DNA from: the human T2T-CHM13v2.0 reference genome, Homo sapiens | Reading direction: 5' to 3' (one strand) | DNA length: 64,000 nucleotides | NCBI RefSeq assembly: GCF_009914755.1 | Contig: NC_060925.1 | In this document: piece after piece, positions 60,418 to 64,000 of the stretch | Position numbering within the stretch: the first letter of the stretch is position 1 | How the letters are laid out: each line of letters begins with the position of its first letter | Translations under genes and position numbers: made by a program | Notes under the pieces: model-generated | Seen by the model: only the letters and a program-made list of their open reading frames with translations | What the model was told of the DNA's origin: nothing | The model's database searches: none

Positions 60418-62651
60418 ATGGAATCTTCATCGAATGCATTGAATGCAATCATCGAATGGTCTCGAATGGAATCATCTTCTAATGGAAAGGAATGGAATCA
60501 TCGCATAGAATCGAATGGAATTATCATCGAATGGAATCGAATGGTATGAACACCAAACGGAAAAAAACGGAATTATCGAATGGAATCGAAGAGAATCTTC
60601 GAACGGACCCGAATGGAATCATCTAATGGAATGGAATGGAATAATCCATGGACTCGAATGCAATCATCATCGAATGGAATGGAATGGAATCATCGAATGG
60701 ACTCGAATGGAATAATCATTGAACGGAATCGAATGGAATCATCATCGGATGGAAACGAATGGAATCATCATCGAATGGAAATGAAAGGAGTCATCATCTA
60801 ATGGAATTGCATGGAATCATCATAAAATGGAATCGAATGGAATCAACATCAAATGGAATCAAATGGAATCATTGAACGGAATTGAATGGAAGCGTCATCG
60901 AATGAATTGAATGCAATCATCGAATGGTCTCGAATGTAATCATCTTCTAATGGAAAGGAATGGAATCATCGCATAGAATCGAATGGAATTATCATCGAAT
61001 GGAATCGAATGGTATCAACACCAAACGGAAAAAAACGGAATTATCGAATGGAATCGAAGAGAATCTTCGAACGGACCCGAATGGAATCATCTAATGGAAT
61101 GGAATGGAATAATCCATGGACTCGAATGCAATCATCATCGAATGGAATCGAATGGAATCATCGAATGGGCTCGAATGGAATAATCATTGAACGGAATCGA
61201 ATGGAATCATTATCAGATGGAAACGAATGGAATCATCATCGAATGGAAATGAAAGGAGTCATCATCTAATGGAATTGCATGGAATCATCATAAAATGGAA
61301 TCGAATGGAATCAACATCAAATGGAATCAAATGGAATCATTGAACGGAATTGAATGGAATCGTCATCGAATGAATTGACTGCAATCATCGAATGTTCTCG
61401 AATGGAATCATCTTCAAATGGAATGGAATGGAATCATCGCATAGAATCGAATGGAATTATCATCGAATGGAATCGAATGGAATCAACATCAAACGGAAAA
61501 AAACGGAATTATCGTATGGAATCGAAGAGAATCATCGAATAGACCAGAATGGAATCATCTAATAGAATGGAATGGAATAATCCATGGACTCGAATGCAAT
61601 CATCATCGAATGGAATCGAATGGAATCATCGAATGGACTCGAATGGAATAATCATTGAACGGAATCGAATGGAAACATCATCGGATGGAAATGAATGGAA
61701 TCATCATCGAATGGAATCGAATAGAATTATGGAATGAAATCCAGTGTGATCATCATCGAATGGACCCGAATGGAATCATCATCCAACGGAAGCTAATGGA
61801 ATCAACATCGAATGAATCAAATGGAAACACCATCGAATTGAAACGAATGGAATTATCATGAAATTGAAATGGATGGACTCATCATCGAATGGATTCGAAT
61901 GGAATCATCGAATAAAATTGATTGAAATCATCATCGAATGGAATCGAATGGTATCATTGAATGGAATCGAATGGAATCATCATCAGATGGAAATGAATGG
62001 AATCGTCATAGAATGGAATCGAATGGATTCATTGAATGGAATCAGATGGAATCATCGAATGGACTGGAATGGAATCATTGAATGGACTCGAAAGGGATCA
62101 TGATTGAATGGAATTGAATGGAATCATCGAATGGTCTCGATTGGAATCATTATCAAATGGAATCGAATGGAATCACCGAATAGAATCGAATGGAACAGTC
62201 ATCGAATGGACTCAAATGGAATTATCCTCAAATGGAATCGAATGGAATTATCGAATGCAATCGAATGGAATTATCGAATGCACTCGAATAGAATCATCGA
62301 AAGGACTCGAATGGAATCATCGAATGGAATGGAATGGAACAGTCAATGAACTCGAATGGAATCATCATTGAATGGAATCATCGAGTGGAATCGAATGGAA
62401 TTATGATCAATTGGAATCGAATGTAATCATCATCAAATGGAATCAAAAATAACCATCATCAATTGGTATTGAATGGAATTGTCATCAAATGGAATTCAAA
62501 GGAATCATCATCAAATGGAACCGAATGGAATCCTCATTGAATGGAAATGAAAGGGGTCATCATCTAATGGAATCGCATGGAATCATCATCAAATGGAATC
62601 GAATGGAATCATCATCAAATGGAATCTAATGGAATCATTGAACAGAATTGA
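60418..62651. repeat. 2234-bp variant unit with three copies of the 468-bp subunit (A-A-B) and a 10-bp deletion
   Basis: The landmark ORFs lie at 60515, 60983 and 61451 (468 bp apart). One AATGGAATCG is lost at ~62371 (CATTGAATGGAATCATCGAGTGG). Confidence 0.92.
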
Positions 62652-64000
62652 ATGGAATCGTCATCGAATGAATTGAATGCAATCATCGAATGGTCTCGAA
62701 TGGAATCATCTTCTAATGGAAAGGAATGGAATCATCGCATAGAATCGAATGGAATTATCATCGAATGGAATCGAATGGTATCAACACCAAACGGAAAAAA
62801 ACGGAATTATCGAATGGAATCGAAGAGAATCTTCGAACGGACCCGAATGGAATCATCTAATGGAATGGAATGGAATAATCCATGGACTCGAATGCAATCA
62901 TCATCGAATGGAATCGAATGGAATCATCGAATGGACTCGAATGGAATAATCATTGAACAGAATCGAATGGAATCATCATCGGATGGAAACGAATGGAATC
63001 ATCATCGAATGGAAATGAAAGGAGTCATCATCTAATGGAATTGCATGGAATCATCATAAGATGGAATCGAATGGAATCAACATCAAATGGAATCAAATGG
63101 AATCATTGAACGGAATTGAATGGAATCGTCATCGAATGAATTGACTGCAATCATCGAATGGTCTCGAATGGAATCATCTTCAAATGGAATGGAATGGAAT
63201 CATCGCATAGAATCGAATGGAATCATCATCGAATGGAATCGAATGGAATCAACATCAAACGGAAAAAAACGGAATTATCGTATGGAATCGAAGAGAATCA
63301 TCGAATGGACCCGAATGGAATCATCTAATGGAATGGAATGGAATAATCCATGGACTCGAATGCAATCATCATCGAATGGAATCGAATGGAATCATCGAAT
63401 GGACTCGAATGGAATAATCATTGAACGGAATCGAATGGAATCATCATCGGATGGAAATGAATGGAATCATCATCGAATGGAATCGAATAGAATTATGGAA
63501 TGAAATCCAGTGTGATCATCATCGAATGGACCCGAATGGAATCATCATCCAACGGAAGCTAATGGAATCAACATTGAATGAATCGAATGGAAACACCATC
63601 GAATTGAAACGAATGGAATTATCATGAAATTGAAATGGATGGACTCATCATCGAATGGATTCGAATGGAATCATCGAATAAAATTGATTGAAATCATCAT
63701 CCAATGGAATCGAATGGTATCATTGAATGGAATCGAATGGAATCATCATCAGATGGAAATGAATGGAATCGTCATAGAATGGAATCGAATGGATTCATTG
63801 AATGGAATCAGATGGAATCATCGAATGGACTGGAATGGAATCATTGAATGGACTCGAAAGGGATCATGATTGAATGGAATTGAATGGAATCATCGAATGG
63901 TCTCGATTGGAATCATTATCAAATGGAATCGAATGGAATCACCGAATAGAATCGAATGGAACAATCATCGAATGGACTCAAATGGAATTATCCTCAAATG

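Larger units (their letters stand above)
1..64000. repeat. Human satellite II (HSat2/HSATII) tandem array with ~1.77-kb higher-order unit; probably the chr1q12-type (D1Z1/pUC1.77-like, HSat2A) pericentromeric array. The GGAAT-rich strand is + throughout.
   Basis: The window is composed entirely of diverged GGAAT pentamers with ATCATCGAATGG/ATCGAATGG motifs (CATTCGATTC on the - strand, diagnostic of HSat2 rather than pure-pentamer HSat3) and dense TaqI TCGA sites. The same ORF landmark recurs at 1705, 3481, 5234, 6964, 8740, 10493, 12246, 13999, 15775, 17525, 19275, 21028, (22804), 24089, 25819, 27549, 29302, 31032, 32762, 34492, 36268, 38044, 39820, 41596, 43372, 45148, 46924, 48700, 50008, 51071, 52847, 54623, (56399), 58642, (60418) and 62652. 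The family call is very secure; the chromosome call is less so. Confidence 0.97.

Noticed and set aside
72-63869. Numerous 60-164 aa + strand ORFs (MESSSNEL..., MELSSNG..., MKLKWMD...)
   Set aside because: They are low-complexity W/N/G/M/E/S/I translations of GGAAT-derived repeats. They overlap in several frames, are frameshifted by 23/26/10-bp indels and broken by stops, and show no domains or gene structure. I used them only as positional landmarks.
1-64000. CRISPR-like or other repeat-spacer array suggested by the 23-26-bp periodicity
   Set aside because: There are no unique spacers, leader or cas genes; the intervening sequence is the same satellite.
1-64000. Alpha satellite, HSat3 or telomeric repeat
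   Set aside because: There is no 171-bp monomer, no evident CENP-B box and no TTAGGG runs. Perfect GGAAT runs are only about 3 copies long, and ATCATCGAAT motifs dominate, as expected for HSat2.
1-64000. Embedded transposon, unique-sequence insertion or strand inversion
   Set aside because: All landmark spacings are explained by satellite-internal indels. I saw no poly(A) tail, target-site duplication, Alu/L1 sequence or CATTC-oriented segment.

Overview
The whole 64 kb window is one uninterrupted, single-orientation tandem array of classical human-type satellite II (HSat2/HSATII). It consists of diverged (GGAAT)n / (CATTC)n pentamers built into 23/26-bp sub-repeats such as GGAATCATCGAATGGAATCGAAT. 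These are organised into a ~1.77-kb higher-order unit with one EcoRI site per unit. That organisation matches the 1.77-kb EcoRI satellite of human 1q12 pericentromeric heterochromatin (pUC1.77/D1Z1, HSat2A type). The locus assignment is inferred from the repeat organisation, not from a mapping. There are 37 units, with the first and last truncated. Each canonical 1776-bp unit contains an internal 468-bp tandem duplication (subunits A and B) plus an ~840-bp remainder. I see no genes, RNA genes, transposons, CRISPR array or inversion; every ORF in the track is a translation of the satellite. I found no evidence for a novel gene system. What is informative is the record of array evolution. This includes unit-length variants (1063, 1285, 1308, 1730, 1750, 1753, 1776, 2234, 2243 bp), nested multi-unit duplications and a haplotype-domain switch near 35 kb. 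There is also one sharply divergent 160-bp patch (15 substitutions) inside a single-subunit 1308-bp unit at ~48.8 kb. All comparisons were made by eye, using the ORF track as a ruler.
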